Numbered from the stretch's first letter, positions 1 to 11,500 are shown. The stretch is 32,000 nucleotides of DNA from Candidatus Saccharimonadota bacterium (GCF_023585745.1 NZ_CP097762.1:180001-212000); one strand, 5' to 3'. Program-made: numbers and translations. The notes: a model not told the origin generated them from the sequence alone.

Positions 1-377
1 GAGAAAATATCCGGGTGTTTCCGTTATCTAATTGGACAGAATTAGATATATGGCAATATATTTTTTTTGAAAATATAGATATAGTGCCACTTTACTTTGC
101 GAAGTATCGTCCTACAATATATAGAGATGGAAATTTAATTATGGTAGATGATGACCGAATTCATTTAAAATCTACAGAAAAAATAAAAAATCGTATGATA
201 CGATTTCGTACATTAGGATGTTGGCCGTTAACTGGAGCTATAAAATCAAAAGCAAACACGTTACTTGGAATTATTGAGGAAATGTTAATATCTAACCAAA
301 GTGAACGTCATGGACGAATTATTGATTTTGATCAATCTAGTTCGATGGAATATAAAAAACGCCAAGGTTATTTTTAA
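1..377 (+). CDS. cysD: Sulfate adenylyltransferase subunit 2 (CysD), C-terminal part; the 5' end lies outside the window
   Basis: Frame 3 is open from the window edge to TAA at 375-377. The translation [15 protein letters not shown]...[13 protein letters not shown]...EYKKRQGYF matches the recalled C-terminus of E. coli CysD. cysN follows directly, as in the cysDNC operon. Confidence 0.92.
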   Translation, partial: ENIRVFPLSNWTELDIWQYIFFENIDIVPLYFAKYRPTIYRDGNLIMVDDDRIHLKSTEKIKNRMIRFRTLGCWPLTGAIKSKANTLLGIIEEMLISNQSERHGRIIDFDQSSSMEYKKRQGYF

Positions 378-386
378 GGAATTATT

Positions 387-1817
387 ATGTTAGATAACAT
401 AAAAGAAGAAATTGTTAGTTATGGAGGCATTAAACAATATTTGTATGCACAACAAGAGAAAATATTATTACGTTTTCTTACTTGTGGTAACGTAGATGAT
501 GGGAAAAGCACTTTAATTGGAAGATTGCTACATGATACCCATCAAATTTACGAGGATCAATTATCTGTTTTATATAAAGAAATTAGAAGTATTGATGATA
601 AAAATAAAAAATTAGATTTAGCATCATTATTAGATGGATTACAATTAGAACGTGCTCAAGGTATTACTATAGATGTCGCATATAGATTTTTTTTCACCAA
701 AAAACGTAAATTTATTATCGCAGATACTCCAGGACATTTAGAATATACAAAAAATATGGTTACTGGTGCATCTACTAGTGAATTAGCTGTTTTACTAATT
801 GATGCTCGTAAGGGCATACAACATCAAACTAAAAGACATTGGTTCATCTCTGCTCTTTTAGGAATAAAGCATATAGTTATTGCAATTAACAAGATGGATT
901 TAATAAATTATAATAAAAAAATCTTTCAAGATATTAGTAAAGAATTTCTAGAATTTGCTAAAAAACTGTATTTTAAAACAAATATTCAGTTTATTCCAAT
1001 ATCTGCTTTAGATGGAGATAATATTGCTACTACATCAATTAATATGAAATGGTACAAAGGTCCTACATTGTTAGAGGTATTAGACAATATTAATATTAAA
1101 AATGTTGGGGATTGGAAACAACAAAAATTGCGTTTTCCAATACAATATGTTATTAGAAACAACTCAGGTTTTAGAGGATATTCTGGAACAATTGCATCTG
1201 GTAGTATTCACACAGGACAATTAATTAACACTTTTCCATCAAACAATACCGCCCAAATACAAAGAATAATTGTTTCAAGTTCTGATGTAACTCATGCTTA
1301 CGCTGGAGAAGCCATAACTGTGACTTTAAATGAAGATTTAGATATAAGTCGAGGCGATATGTTAGTTGATATAAATTCAGTTTCTCCCGCACGCGATGTG
1401 TTAATAAATATAATCTGGATGCATACAGAAGCATTAAAAGAAGGACAATACTTTAATGTAAAAATAGCTACAAAACTCTTAAAAGCACAAGTATTAAAAA
1501 TAGAATGTAAAATAAACGTAGATACTTTTCAATATCAAAAAACCAATTCTATATCACTAAATGAAATTGGCTTGATCAAATTATCATTTGATGAATTATT
1601 AATATTAGATAAATATTCTGATTCTCCTATGACTGGTAGCATGATATTTATTGATTTATTAACTAATGAAACTGTGGGAGCTGGAATGATAGATGAGACT
1701 ATAAAATATAATCCTATATATAATAAATATAATAGAAATTATAGCAAATTTGAATTAGAGTTGCATTCGTTTATACGTTTACATTTTCCGCATTGGGGTA
1801 TTAAAGATTTATCTTAA
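387..1817 (+). CDS. cysN: Sulfate adenylyltransferase subunit 1 (CysN), a GTPase
   Basis: 476-aa ORF, against about 475 aa in E. coli CysN. It carries the GTPase motifs GNVDDGKST (G1), DTPGH (G3) and NKMD (G4). It sits between cysD and cysC. Confidence 0.95.
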   Translation: MLDNIKEEIVSYGGIKQYLYAQQEKILLRFLTCGNVDDGKSTLIGRLLHDTHQIYEDQLSVLYKEIRSIDDKNKKLDLASLLDGLQLERAQGITIDVAYRFFFTKKRKFIIADTPGHLEYTKNMVTGASTSELAVLLIDARKGIQHQTKRHWFISALLGIKHIVIAINKMDLINYNKKIFQDISKEFLEFAKKLYFKTNIQFIPISALDGDNIATTSINMKWYKGPTLLEVLDNINIKNVGDWKQQKLRFPIQYVIRNNSGFRGYSGTIASGSIHTGQLINTFPSNNTAQIQRIIVSSSDVTHAYAGEAITVTLNEDLDISRGDMLVDINSVSPARDVLINIIWMHTEALKEGQYFNVKIATKLLKAQVLKIECKINVDTFQYQKTNSISLNEIGLIKLSFDELLILDKYSDSPMTGSMIFIDLLTNETVGAGMIDETIKYNPIYNKYNRNYSKFELELHSFIRLHFPHWGIKDLS

Positions 1818-1830
1818 TAAATAAAAAAAT

Positions 1831-2475
1831 ATGATTACTGTTCATAAAAAAAATCCCAATATATTACAAAATAAAAATATTTTTTGGAATACCTATCATA
1901 TAACTCAGAAAGATCGAGAGTGTTTGCATAAACATCATGCAATATTGCTATGGTTTACTGGATTATCGGGATCTGGTAAATCTGCTGTGGCAGGTATTTT
2001 GGAAAAAAAATTATATCAAGAAAAAATTAGCACATATATATTGGATGGTGATAATATCAGATGTGGTTTATGTAGTGATTTAGGATTCAGTAGTCAGGAT
2101 AGACATGAAAATATACGTAGAATTGGTGAGATAGCGCGATTAATGGTTGATGCAGGCATAGTAGTATTAGCCACTTGCATTTCACCTTATCAATCTGATC
2201 GTATTATGATTAGAAATATGTTTCCACAAAATTGTTTTGTAGAAATATTTGTTGACACTCCTATAAATATTTGTGAAGCACGGGACCCGAAAGGTTTGTA
2301 TAAAAAAGCTAGATCTGGAGAAATAAAAAATTTTATTGGCGTTCATATACCGTATGAAATACCTAAAAATCCAGATATACATTTAGATGGCACCCAATCA
2401 GTAAAAACATTAATTAATCAATTGATGCAGTCATGTTTTTTACGGTTTTTTTTTAAAAATAATTGTTTAAAATAA
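1831..2475 (+). CDS. cysC: Adenylyl-sulfate (APS) kinase
   Basis: 214-aa ORF. The P-loop context LWFTGLSGSGKS is the same as in E. coli CysC. It is the third gene of the cysDNC arrangement. Confidence 0.94.
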   Translation: MITVHKKNPNILQNKNIFWNTYHITQKDRECLHKHHAILLWFTGLSGSGKSAVAGILEKKLYQEKISTYILDGDNIRCGLCSDLGFSSQDRHENIRRIGEIARLMVDAGIVVLATCISPYQSDRIMIRNMFPQNCFVEIFVDTPINICEARDPKGLYKKARSGEIKNFIGVHIPYEIPKNPDIHLDGTQSVKTLINQLMQSCFLRFFFKNNCLK

Positions 2476-2786
2476 AATAATGTTAAATAAATTATGTGCT
2501 AAATATATTTTTAGCTATTCATATAACAAATTCACAATAAATAATTGCATCCAAAATCATTTAATTAGTATTTTGTTTAATTTAAAATAATTTTCTTAAA
2601 ATTATTATGTATTGTGTTAATAAATATATTAAATATTGCAATATTATGATTTGATTACATATAAATTTTTATGATTTATAATAAATGTATAGGAAAAAAT
2701 TCTATTTTAATAAAAATAATATCATTATCTTGAGTATTAAAAAAAATAAATTAATTAAATATATTTCTAATATTGGTAAATAACAT

Positions 2787-3065
2787 TTGAATAAATTAAG
2801 TTGTTTGTTAATAATATTATTTGTTTGGTTACAATATCTATTATGGTTTGGAAAAAATGGTGTATACGATTTAATAATTATTTTTAATTCAATAAAAAAT
2901 TATCAAAACATTAATAATTTTAATCATATGAAGATTAGAAATAATCAATTATTATATGAAATATATGATTTGCATCATGGATTTAACGCGATTGAAGAAC
3001 GAGCTAGATTTGATCTTGGAATGGTCAAGTCAGATGAGACTTTTTATTATACAGAGTATAAATAA
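2787..3065 (+). CDS. ftsB: Cell division protein FtsB
   Basis: 92-aa ORF with a TTG start at 2787. The N-terminal transmembrane/coiled-coil region LLIILFVWLQYLLWFGKNGVYD and the later AIEERARFDLGMVKSDETFY parallel E. coli FtsB (VWLQYSLWFGKNGIHD ... ALEERARNELSMVKPGETFY). It lies upstream of ispD, as in E. coli. Confidence 0.88.
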   Translation: MNKLSCLLIILFVWLQYLLWFGKNGVYDLIIIFNSIKNYQNINNFNHMKIRNNQLLYEIYDLHHGFNAIEERARFDLGMVKSDETFYYTEYK

Positions 3066-3109
3066 GATTTAAATAAAATTAAATATTTATAAAAAATGAA
3101 TTTTTCTAT

Positions 3110-3853
3110 ATGAAATCTTGCATTAAGAAACATGTTAAAAAAAAATTTCCTAATATTACTGCTATATTACCAGCGGCAGGTGTTGGTAAACGCATGCAAA
3201 GCGCGGTACCTAAACAATATTATTTAATTGGTAACAAAACATTATTAGAATATTCTATAGATACATTGTTATCTCAATCATGTATTTGTCATTGTATAGT
3301 AGTTATACATTCTCATGATTGTTGGTTTAGAAAGTTGTCCATTGCTTATGATCCTAGGATTAGTATAGTTATCGGAGGACCTACACGTGCTGATTCAGTC
3401 ATGGCAGGATTACAACATGTAAAAAAAACAGTTTGGGTTATAGTCCATGATGCTGCTCGACCTTGTTTACATAAAGAAGATTTATTACGCTTGTTTGAAA
3501 TTACAAAATTTTCTCATATAGGAGGAATTTTAGCTGTTCCAGTCTTTAATACAATTAAAAGAGCTTATCGTAACAGCGAATATATTAAATATACTGTTAA
3601 TCGTGATAATTTATGGAATGCTTTAACACCTCAATTATTCAATTTTAACATTTTAAAATATTGTCTTGAGAAAGCTTTAAAAAATAAAGTAATTGTTACC
3701 GATGAAGCATCAGCAATAGAATATTGCGGATATACCTCTATTTTAATAAGAGGACGCGCAGATAATATAAAAGTTACTTATCAAGATGATTTAAAATTAG
3801 CCAGTTTTTATTTATCTAAATTAAATAATACGGGAATTTATAGGATATCTTAA
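3110..3853 (+). CDS. ispD: 2-C-methyl-D-erythritol 4-phosphate cytidylyltransferase
   Basis: 247-aa ORF. The motifs [36 protein letters not shown] and [10 protein letters not shown] align with E. coli IspD. Confidence 0.95.
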   Translation: MKSCIKKHVKKKFPNITAILPAAGVGKRMQSAVPKQYYLIGNKTLLEYSIDTLLSQSCICHCIVVIHSHDCWFRKLSIAYDPRISIVIGGPTRADSVMAGLQHVKKTVWVIVHDAARPCLHKEDLLRLFEITKFSHIGGILAVPVFNTIKRAYRNSEYIKYTVNRDNLWNALTPQLFNFNILKYCLEKALKNKVIVTDEASAIEYCGYTSILIRGRADNIKVTYQDDLKLASFYLSKLNNTGIYRIS

Positions 3854-3854
3854 T

Positions 3855-4346
3855 ATGCTACGTATTGGTTACGGTTTTGATACACATCCATTTGGAATAG
3901 GTCGTCCTTTTATTATTGGAGGGGTAAGAATACCTGATGACAGAGAAATTATAGCGCATTCGGACGGAGATGTAATGATACACGCATTAATAGATTCTCT
4001 GTTAGGCGCAGCATGTTTAGGTGATATTGGATCTATTTTTCCAGATACTGACATTCAGTATAGTAATATAGATAGTCGTAAATTACTAAGAATAATTTGG
4101 AATAAAATTTTTGATCAAGGTTTTACATTAAATAACATTGATATTACTGTAATTTTGCAGTATCCTAAAATTAATAAATATCTTTCACAAATTTGCTTTA
4201 ATTTATCTAAAGATTTGCGCTGTTCTACAAAAAGTATTAATATAAAAGCAACTACTACTAATACACTAGGACATATTGGCTGTGCCAAGGGAATTGCTTG
4301 CGTAACAGTTGTATTACTAAATAGTACTGTTAGCGCTGCTATTTAA
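3855..4346 (+). CDS. ispF: 2-C-methyl-D-erythritol 2,4-cyclodiphosphate synthase
   Basis: 163-aa ORF starting 1 nt after the ispD stop. [13 protein letters not shown]...IGGVRIP...AHSDGDV.IHAL.DSLLGAA.LGDIG..FPDTD matches E. coli IspF, including the Zn/metal ligands. Confidence 0.95.
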   Translation: MLRIGYGFDTHPFGIGRPFIIGGVRIPDDREIIAHSDGDVMIHALIDSLLGAACLGDIGSIFPDTDIQYSNIDSRKLLRIIWNKIFDQGFTLNNIDITVILQYPKINKYLSQICFNLSKDLRCSTKSINIKATTTNTLGHIGCAKGIACVTVVLLNSTVSAAI

Positions 4347-6308
4347 TAAATTCTTACATGAATAAGAAAAAATTCCTTTTATAAAACATTTTACTGTACT
4401 AAATTATGTCATAATAGGTCATATTATATGAGTTTACAGTGAAATATTGTATTCTGATACAGAATCTATTTATTATAGATTTTATTAAATAATGAAATAA
4501 ATTAGATTTAATATTTTTATTAAATACTTTGCATGTCTTTAAATAAAAGAACATAATTTTATGTATTTATTTGTTTACCTTTTTAAATTTATAAATAAAA
4601 AATTTTATTAAAATTAAAATCATACCGTACAATTTTAAGTATTAAATAAATGTATTAATACATTGGCATTAAATAGTTTATTAACTATTAATAAGACTTA
4701 AAAAATTAATTATAAAGAACTATAAGTATTTACTGAAAAATATTATATCTATAATTCATATAAAAGTTTTTATAACTTTCGTAAATCGTATAAATTTTAA
4801 TATTTATAGATATAATGATATGCATTTATACATTTGTATAAATGTTAAACGTAATTGTTATGTAACCAAAAATATAAAAAATGTACATTATAAAATATAA
4901 GATATCTACATCTAGTAATTTTTGTGCATATAACAATATTTACTACTATTTTTATCATGAAAACATACCAGATCCAATAGAGAGATACTCTATATCAAGT
5001 AGATTACAAGAAGCAACTATTTAGATTTAGCTAAAATGAAAAATTTTGAAGACATTAATATATTTTGTATAAGTTAACACTTACGAGTACGAATAATTTA
5101 ATCTTAATGAATTTTAAAAATTTTTTCTTGCAGAAAAACATTATTAGTTTAAATAGCATTTTTCTATAAAAAATATTTTATTTTCCAAAATAACAAGAAT
5201 ATTCATTCTTATATGAAAATATTTTATAATATACATATTTCCTGCAAACAATTGAAATTAATTTCAGATGAACATTGGAGTTAACTCTATCAATTGACGC
5301 AATAATCATAAACAATTGTGTTAGTACAGAATACGAATAATATAAGTGTTTATAACTCTATAAAGGCTGATTAACCTATATATTAACTATGGCAAATGTT
5401 ATAGAGCGCTGATATACAGTTATATGTTATAATTATACAATAATTTCATTATTATTAAATATGATAATTATCTAAGCACTTATGTAAACAACAGTTGAAT
5501 ATTAAATGAAAGAAAACAAAAAATTAAAATAGGTGAATAGATTATTGTTGTCAGTCATAGTAAAATAACAAAGCAAAATTATATTTTGAAATTAGATATA
5601 AAAAAATCTATGAACCTCCATTATATATAAAAAATAATTATTTTTAAAATTATTTTGAATGTTAAAAATAATTATTTATTAAATTTTGATCATTATAGAT
5701 ATTATGAGAATAGTTTTTAAATAAATGTAATTTAATAATTTTTATTTCATTTCGTTTAATATAAATTTCTATTAAATATAGATAGAGTATACAAAAAAAT
5801 ATTTACAAGATTTCAGCACTGATTTTATTTATGCATAAAAAATAAAATCATATTTAGTTACATACCAAATATTAATTAATCAAAATGCTCTAAATCTTTA
5901 TAAAAAAATATACTTTTAAATATAAAAAATATATTAAATATTTTAATTTTCAATATTATTTTCATAAAATCAAGTTGATTTAAATATCAACATTGCAGTT
6001 GTCTATACCTATAGTGCATAATAATACTGTACTTAATTGTAAAAAATACTACATTAAACATAATGCTTGTTTAGAATACTGATTACTACATAACAATATA
6101 ATATTTATTATATTGAGTAAATTATAAAATATTTTAGTGTATTATTTAATTTTATATTTAAATTTAAATATATTTAATATTTTAATGTAAATTAATATAA
6201 ATAAATTATATCTAAATAATATTTAAATATAGTATTTTCTGCATCACAGAATATTGTTATAATGCATTGTCTTTATATTTATAACATAAATTATATATAA
6301 AAGTTTAT
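4347..6308. other. 1,962-bp ORF-free, extremely AT-rich spacer; a probable eroded remnant of lost genes
   Basis: The supplied six-frame track lists no ORF on either strand in this interval. The longest ATG ORF I traced by hand is 47 codons (4881-5024) and has no recognisable homology. The composition looks even more AT-rich than the flanking genes. I found no tRNA-like or rRNA-like structure. Confidence 0.6.
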
Positions 6309-8948
6309 ATGCCTAAAAAAACTGCTGCTATTCGACAGGAATTTCTAAATTTTTTTGTAAAAAAAGGACATAAAATTATAGAAAGTAGTAATTTAATACC
6401 CAATAATGATCAAACATTATTATTTACTAATGCCGGTATGAATCAGTTTAAAAATGTATTTTTAGGAATTGAAAAATCTCAATTTAAACGTGTCACTACT
6501 GCTCAGCGTTGTGTACGAGCAGGAGGTAAGCATAATGATTTGGATAACGTTGGGTATACTGATCAACATTTGACATTTTTTGAAATGTTGGGTAATTTTA
6601 GTTTTGGAGATTATTTTAAAGAAGAAGCAATCCAATTTGCTTGGGAATTATTAACAAGTGCAAATTGGTTTAATTTACCTAAAAAAAAATTATGGGTTAC
6701 AGTCAATAAATATGACAATGAATCATATGATATATGGAAAAAAATAGTGGATATACCTGATGATCATATCATTAAAATTGGTGATGCTACAAACAACATA
6801 CTTAATTCAGAAAATTTTTGGCAAATGGGTGCTCTGGGTCCCTGCGGGCCCTGCTCAGAAATATTTTTTGATTATGGAGAACAATTTTCAGGAGAAATCA
6901 CTGATAATTCTAAAATATCTAAAAAAAGATACGTGGAAATTTGGAATTTAGTATTTATACAATTTAATCTCGAAAAAAATGGAAGTCTTTCAACATTACC
7001 AATAGTATCAGTTGATACTGGTATGGGATTGGAACGAATTTCTGCAGTATTACAGGGTGTACACAGTAATTATTCTATTGATATTTTTAAAAATTTAATA
7101 TTTTCTATAGCTAATATTATTAAAATTGATTCTATGAACGATAGATCTATATATGTTTTGGCTGATCATATTCGTACATGTGTTTTTTTAATTAAAGATG
7201 GCGTATTACCTTCTAATGAAGGGCGAGGATATGTGTTACGTCGTATTATTAGAAGAGCGATTTTACACGGAAAAAAAATTGGTATAGATGATATTTTCTT
7301 TTATAAATTAGTATCGCCACTTATTCAACACACAAAAGATATATATAATAATTTACATCACATAAAAAATTTTGTAGAAGAAGTATTGATAAACGAAGAA
7401 AAATTATTTGAAATTACTTTAAATAAAGGATTAAAATTCTTAAAGAAAAAATTAAATTCATTAAGACATAATGTTCTATCTGGTAAAGAAGCATTTGATT
7501 TATACGATACTCATGGTTTTCCTTTAGAATTAACTAAAAGTGTTTGTCTGCAGTATAATGTAGATGTAAATCAAACAGAATTTGATAAATATATGCTACA
7601 ACAAAAAAATCATATTAAAACAAAAATAATAAAAAATAGTTCTTTATATCAAGAAATATTAACATGCGATATATCTAGTATATTTATTGGATATGATACT
7701 TTATCTTATACATCTCAAATAATTAAATTATTTAATAATGAAATATCAGTAAAAAAAATTTCTGCACAAGACAATGGAATTGTAATTTTACAAAAAACTC
7801 CTTTTTATGGAGAATCTGGTGGACAAATAGGAGATTGCGGTAAATTATACACTAAATCTGGTATATTTCAAGTTAAAAACACGAAAAAATATGGAAATGC
7901 AATAGGTCATATAGGTTATGTAATTAATGGTGCTATTAATTTGGGGGAAGAAGCTTCTGCGCAAGTACAACAATATACAAGAAAATATATTGCTATAAAT
8001 CATTCTGCTACACATTTATTACGTGTTGCTTTAATTAAAGTATTAGGATCACATATAATACAAAAAGGTTCATTAATTGATGCAAAACATTTACGCTTTG
8101 ATTTTTCTCATAATATAGCAATGACAACAATACAAATTAATGAGGTAGAAAATTTTGTTAATAAACAAATATGGAACAATTTAAATGTTAAAACTAATAT
8201 TATTCCTATAGAAACAGCTAAAAATATTAATGCTGTTATGCTACCTGATACAGAATATCAAAAAACAGTCCGTGTCCTAAATATAGGCAATATATCTAAT
8301 GAATTGTGTGGAGGCACTCATGTAAAAAATACTGGAGAAATTGGTATTTTTTTAATTAACAAAGAATTTAGTATTGCTTCTGGAATTAGGCGAATTGAAG
8401 CAGTCACTAATGACATAGCATTATCTACGTTACATAACGATAGAGTATTACTAAAAAACATATTACAGGAAACGAAAAGTAATAGTGCAAATATATTAAA
8501 TGATATACGTACACTTAAATATTGTTATCAAAAATTAACAAAAGAAATGCAATATTTACAGAACACACAAATTTTGCAACAATATCCATCTTGGATTAAG
8601 GACATCTATTATATTGGAAATATAAAAATTTTGATTAAACAAGTTGTTCATATGATGCCAAAAACATTATTAACTATAGTTGACTACTTTAAAAATCAAT
8701 TAGAATCAGGAATTATTATTTTTATAAATATGAATAAAAATAATAAAATTAACTTAATAATAGCTATAACTAAAAATTTAATAACATTAAGTCATATTAA
8801 TGCAGTTGATTTAATACATCGCGTAACAAATATTTTCGGGGGAAAAGGTGGTGGTAAACCGGACCTTGCGCAAGGTGGTATTCAAGACAATACTACTACA
8901 AACAAAGTTTCTATTGAAATAAATGCTATATTACGTCAAATCTTATAA
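6309..8948 (+). CDS. alaS: Alanine--tRNA ligase
   Basis: 879-aa ORF, against 876 aa in E. coli AlaS. The N-terminus [51 protein letters not shown], the editing-domain HSATHLL/CGGTHV zinc motif and the C-terminal [14 protein letters not shown] are all present. Confidence 0.97.
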   Translation: MPKKTAAIRQEFLNFFVKKGHKIIESSNLIPNNDQTLLFTNAGMNQFKNVFLGIEKSQFKRVTTAQRCVRAGGKHNDLDNVGYTDQHLTFFEMLGNFSFGDYFKEEAIQFAWELLTSANWFNLPKKKLWVTVNKYDNESYDIWKKIVDIPDDHIIKIGDATNNILNSENFWQMGALGPCGPCSEIFFDYGEQFSGEITDNSKISKKRYVEIWNLVFIQFNLEKNGSLSTLPIVSVDTGMGLERISAVLQGVHSNYSIDIFKNLIFSIANIIKIDSMNDRSIYVLADHIRTCVFLIKDGVLPSNEGRGYVLRRIIRRAILHGKKIGIDDIFFYKLVSPLIQHTKDIYNNLHHIKNFVEEVLINEEKLFEITLNKGLKFLKKKLNSLRHNVLSGKEAFDLYDTHGFPLELTKSVCLQYNVDVNQTEFDKYMLQQKNHIKTKIIKNSSLYQEILTCDISSIFIGYDTLSYTSQIIKLFNNEISVKKISAQDNGIVILQKTPFYGESGGQIGDCGKLYTKSGIFQVKNTKKYGNAIGHIGYVINGAINLGEEASAQVQQYTRKYIAINHSATHLLRVALIKVLGSHIIQKGSLIDAKHLRFDFSHNIAMTTIQINEVENFVNKQIWNNLNVKTNIIPIETAKNINAVMLPDTEYQKTVRVLNIGNISNELCGGTHVKNTGEIGIFLINKEFSIASGIRRIEAVTNDIALSTLHNDRVLLKNILQETKSNSANILNDIRTLKYCYQKLTKEMQYLQNTQILQQYPSWIKDIYYIGNIKILIKQVVHMMPKTLLTIVDYFKNQLESGIIIFINMNKNNKINLIIAITKNLITLSHINAVDLIHRVTNIFGGKGGGKPDLAQGGIQDNTTTNKVSIEINAILRQIL

Positions 8949-9089
8949 TAAAAAATTATTTTAATTTTTTAAAAAAAAATAATCAAAAATCTATAAAATA
9001 GACGTATTTATTTAAACCGTTTAACATATTTAAAAAAATAGAACTTTTAAAAAGCATAGCTATTATTTGAATTTTTCAAGGAGTAAAGG

Positions 9090-9275
9090 ATGCTTATTCT
9101 CACTCGACGAGTTGGTGAAACTCTCATAATTGGTGACAATATAACAGTGACTGTATTAGGTATTAAAGGTAACCAAGTACGTATTGGTGTAAACGCTCCT
9201 AAAGACATATCTATACATCGAGAAGAAATTTATCAACGTATTAAATCTGAAAAATCTCCTCAAACTTTATGTTGA
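9090..9275 (+). CDS. csrA: Carbon storage regulator CsrA (RNA-binding translational regulator)
   Basis: 61-aa [38 protein letters not shown]....HREEIYQRI is nearly identical to E. coli CsrA. The Shine-Dalgarno sequence AAGGAG is at 9078-9083. It lies between alaS and serV, as in E. coli. Confidence 0.96.
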   Translation: MLILTRRVGETLIIGDNITVTVLGIKGNQVRIGVNAPKDISIHREEIYQRIKSEKSPQTLC

Positions 9276-9448
9276 AAGTTATTTTTCTTAAAAATTATGA
9301 TATGTAATATTCAGTGTTAAAATTAATAATTTAAATAAATAACTTTCAAGCTTTGAAAATGTTGTAATTCAATAGTAATTTTTTTAAAATTTAAAAATTT
9401 CTGCTAAAATGATGTTAAACATTATAAGTATATAATTCAATGATATAT

Positions 9449-9538
9449 AGTGAGATGGCCGAGTGGCTTAAGGCACTCCCCTGCTAAGGGAGTATGCAGA
9501 TACATACTGCATCGAGGGTTCGAATCCCTCTCTCACTG
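9449..9538 (+). tRNA. serV: tRNA-Ser (anticodon GCU), class II with a long variable arm; no encoded CCA
   Basis: Hand-folded. The acceptor is AGTGAGA/TCTCACT. The anticodon stem is CTCCC/GGGAG with loop CTGCTAA. The variable arm is TGCAG...CTGCA. The T arm is GAGGG-TTCGAAT-CCCTC and the discriminator is G. It closely resembles E. coli serV. Confidence 0.9.
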
Positions 9539-9559
9539 TAAATATAATTTTATAATAAT

Positions 9560-9633
9560 GCACCCGTAGCTCAATTGGATAGAGCACTCGGCTACGAACC
9601 GAGCGATCGGAGGTTCAAATCCTCTCGGGTGTA
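9560..9633 (+). tRNA. argV: tRNA-Arg (anticodon ACG); no encoded CCA
   Basis: Hand-folded. The acceptor GCACCCG/CGGGTGT has a G1-U72 wobble. The anticodon stem is CTCGG/CCGAG with loop CTACGAA. The T loop is TTCAAAT. It is nearly identical to the E. coli argVYZQ family and follows serV in the same position. Confidence 0.9.
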
Positions 9634-9657
9634 TTATTTATTATGTTATAAAAAATT

Positions 9658-9683
9658 TTATCTTTAGAAAAAGATAATTTTTT
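9658..9683 (+). terminator. Candidate intrinsic terminator after the csrA-serV-argV unit
   Basis: A perfect 8-bp stem TTATCTTT / AAAGATAA (9658-9665 and 9670-9677) with loop AGAA is followed by T6 (9678-9683) and preceded by A5. Only one pair is G-C, so the stability is low. Confidence 0.35.
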
Positions 9684-9787
9684 GTTATCATAAAGGGCGA
9701 TTTGAATACAAAATAGACACTATTATGTCATATGAAAATAATTCATCCACAAAATAATTATAAAAATTTTTATTTAGAGTAATAAAA

Positions 9788-11152
9788 ATGTTTGAAAAAT
9801 TGTCCAATAAAATTTCACAAACAGTACGAAATGTTATTTACTCTGGTCGTTTGACAGAAAATAATATTAGAAGTACTTTAAATTCTATAAAAGTATCTCT
9901 TTTGGAAGCAGATGTTGCTTTACCTGTGGTAGAAAACTTTATTAATAAAGTAAAAGATGGAGTTATTGGAAAAAATGTTAATAAACATTTAACTCCAGGT
10001 CAAGAATTTATAAAAATAATGCATGCTGCTTTAACACAAACTATAGGAGAAGGATTAAATGATCTAAATTTAAATTCTCAAACTCCAACAATAATATTAC
10101 TAATTGGTACGCAAGGCTCAGGAAAAACTACTACTACCGGAAAATTAGCGAAGTTTTTAAAAAATAAAAAAAATAAAAAAGTATTAGTAATATCAACTGA
10201 TATATATAGACCAGCAGGTATGCAACAATTAAAAAATCTTGTTATTCCTGAAAATATTACTTTTTTTTCTGATTTTAATCATCATGACAAACCAATAAAT
10301 ATAGTTAAAAAAGCGATGATGTTTTTAAAAAACAGACCTTATGATACCATAGTAATAGATACCGCAGGTTGTCTGGATACTGATAACGTTTTGTTATCAG
10401 AATTGTCAGACATTCATAATACTATAAAGCCAATAGAAACTTTATTCGTTATAGATTCTATGATGGGGCAAGTATCAGTAAATCACGCCAATAAATTTAG
10501 TAAAATTTTGCCATTAACTGGAGTTATTTTAACTAAATTAGATGGAAGTACACGTGGTGGTGTTGCTTTATCTGTTAAATATCTTACAAAAAAACCTATA
10601 AAATTTATAGGGACTGGAGAAAACATTGATGCATTAGAAATTTTTAATGCATATAGAATAGCGGGTCGTATATTAGGCATGGGAGATATCCTCTCTCTCA
10701 TTGATGAGCTTGATAATAAAGAACAATTTTTAAAACATGAAAAATATATACAAAAAAACAATGCCGATTTTAATTTATGTGATTTTTTAAATTATATAAA
10801 ACAAATCAGAAATATGGGAGGAATTAATAAAATAATAAGTAAATTACCTAAATTAGGGATGGGTTTAGATAATATACAACAATCACATATTCAAAATAAT
10901 ATTTTCACACATATGGAAGCTATAATTAATTCTATGACTATTAAAGAACGTATACAACCTAATATTATTAATGGATCTAGAAAAAAACGCATAGCCACAG
11001 GATCTGGAGTAAAAATTCAAGATATTAATAAATTATTAAATAGATTTAATCAAATACGTACGGTTATGAAACAAATTAACAAAAATGGTGCGTTTCAAAT
11101 GGTACGTACACTAAAAAATAAAATATCATCTAAATTATCATCAATTAAATAG
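9788..11152 (+). CDS. ffh: Signal recognition particle protein Ffh
   Basis: 454-aa ORF, against 453 aa in E. coli. It has the NG-domain motifs GTQGSGKTTTTGKLA, DTAG and TKLDG..RGG, and the methionine-bearing M domain with RIA.GSG. Confidence 0.97.
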   Translation: MFEKLSNKISQTVRNVIYSGRLTENNIRSTLNSIKVSLLEADVALPVVENFINKVKDGVIGKNVNKHLTPGQEFIKIMHAALTQTIGEGLNDLNLNSQTPTIILLIGTQGSGKTTTTGKLAKFLKNKKNKKVLVISTDIYRPAGMQQLKNLVIPENITFFSDFNHHDKPINIVKKAMMFLKNRPYDTIVIDTAGCLDTDNVLLSELSDIHNTIKPIETLFVIDSMMGQVSVNHANKFSKILPLTGVILTKLDGSTRGGVALSVKYLTKKPIKFIGTGENIDALEIFNAYRIAGRILGMGDILSLIDELDNKEQFLKHEKYIQKNNADFNLCDFLNYIKQIRNMGGINKIISKLPKLGMGLDNIQQSHIQNNIFTHMEAIINSMTIKERIQPNIINGSRKKRIATGSGVKIQDINKLLNRFNQIRTVMKQINKNGAFQMVRTLKNKISSKLSSIK

Positions 11153-11230
11153 ATTAATATTTTCTATTGTAGGGTATAAATTTTCTTATTTTATATAATT
11201 TAATATAACATTATAATAGGTGATGTATTT

Positions 11231-11500
11231 ATGCTAAGAATTAGATTAGCGCGAGGAGGATGCAAACAAGCGCCTTTTTATCATATAGTAGTTGCAAATA
11301 AAAAAAATGCACGAGATGGACGTTTTATTGAACGTTTGGGATACTTTAACCCTATTGCAAAACATTCTAATATTAAATTAAATATTAATACAAAAAGAAC
11401 TGAATATTGGTTAAAAATAGGAGCATGCCCATCGAAACGTGTATTTAAATTAATAAAAATTTATAATAAAGATATTAATACAATGATACTAAAAATATGA
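11231..11500 (+). CDS. rpsP: 30S ribosomal protein S16
   Basis: 89-aa ORF. IRLAR.G.K..PFY.IVVA...NARDGRFIER.G.FNP matches E. coli S16. It is the first gene of the rpsP-rimM-trmD-rplS operon. Confidence 0.95.
   Translation: MLRIRLARGGCKQAPFYHIVVANKKNARDGRFIERLGYFNPIAKHSNIKLNINTKRTEYWLKIGACPSKRVFKLIKIYNKDINTMILKI

Noticed and set aside
4881-5024. A 47-codon ATG ORF in the large spacer. Its segment ENIPDPIERYSISS faintly recalled the sigma-factor region 2 string EKFDPERGFRFST (rpoS is a positional candidate).
   Set aside because: The resemblance rests on a handful of residues, needs indels, and the flanks show nothing similar. It cannot be supported without a statistical search.
6153-6172. A 20-bp perfect A-T-only palindrome (TATATATTTAAATTTAAATATA) upstream of alaS, and the nearby TGTTATAAT extended -10-like motif at 6255-6263.
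   Set aside because: In a spacer with almost no G or C, palindromes of this size and TATAAT-like strings are expected by chance. I found no matching -35 element or other support.
9743-9751. TCATCCACA, one mismatch from the DnaA box TTATCCACA, upstream of ffh.
   Set aside because: It is a single isolated near-match with no cluster of boxes or adjacent AT-rich 13-mers arranged as an origin. It is compatible with chance.
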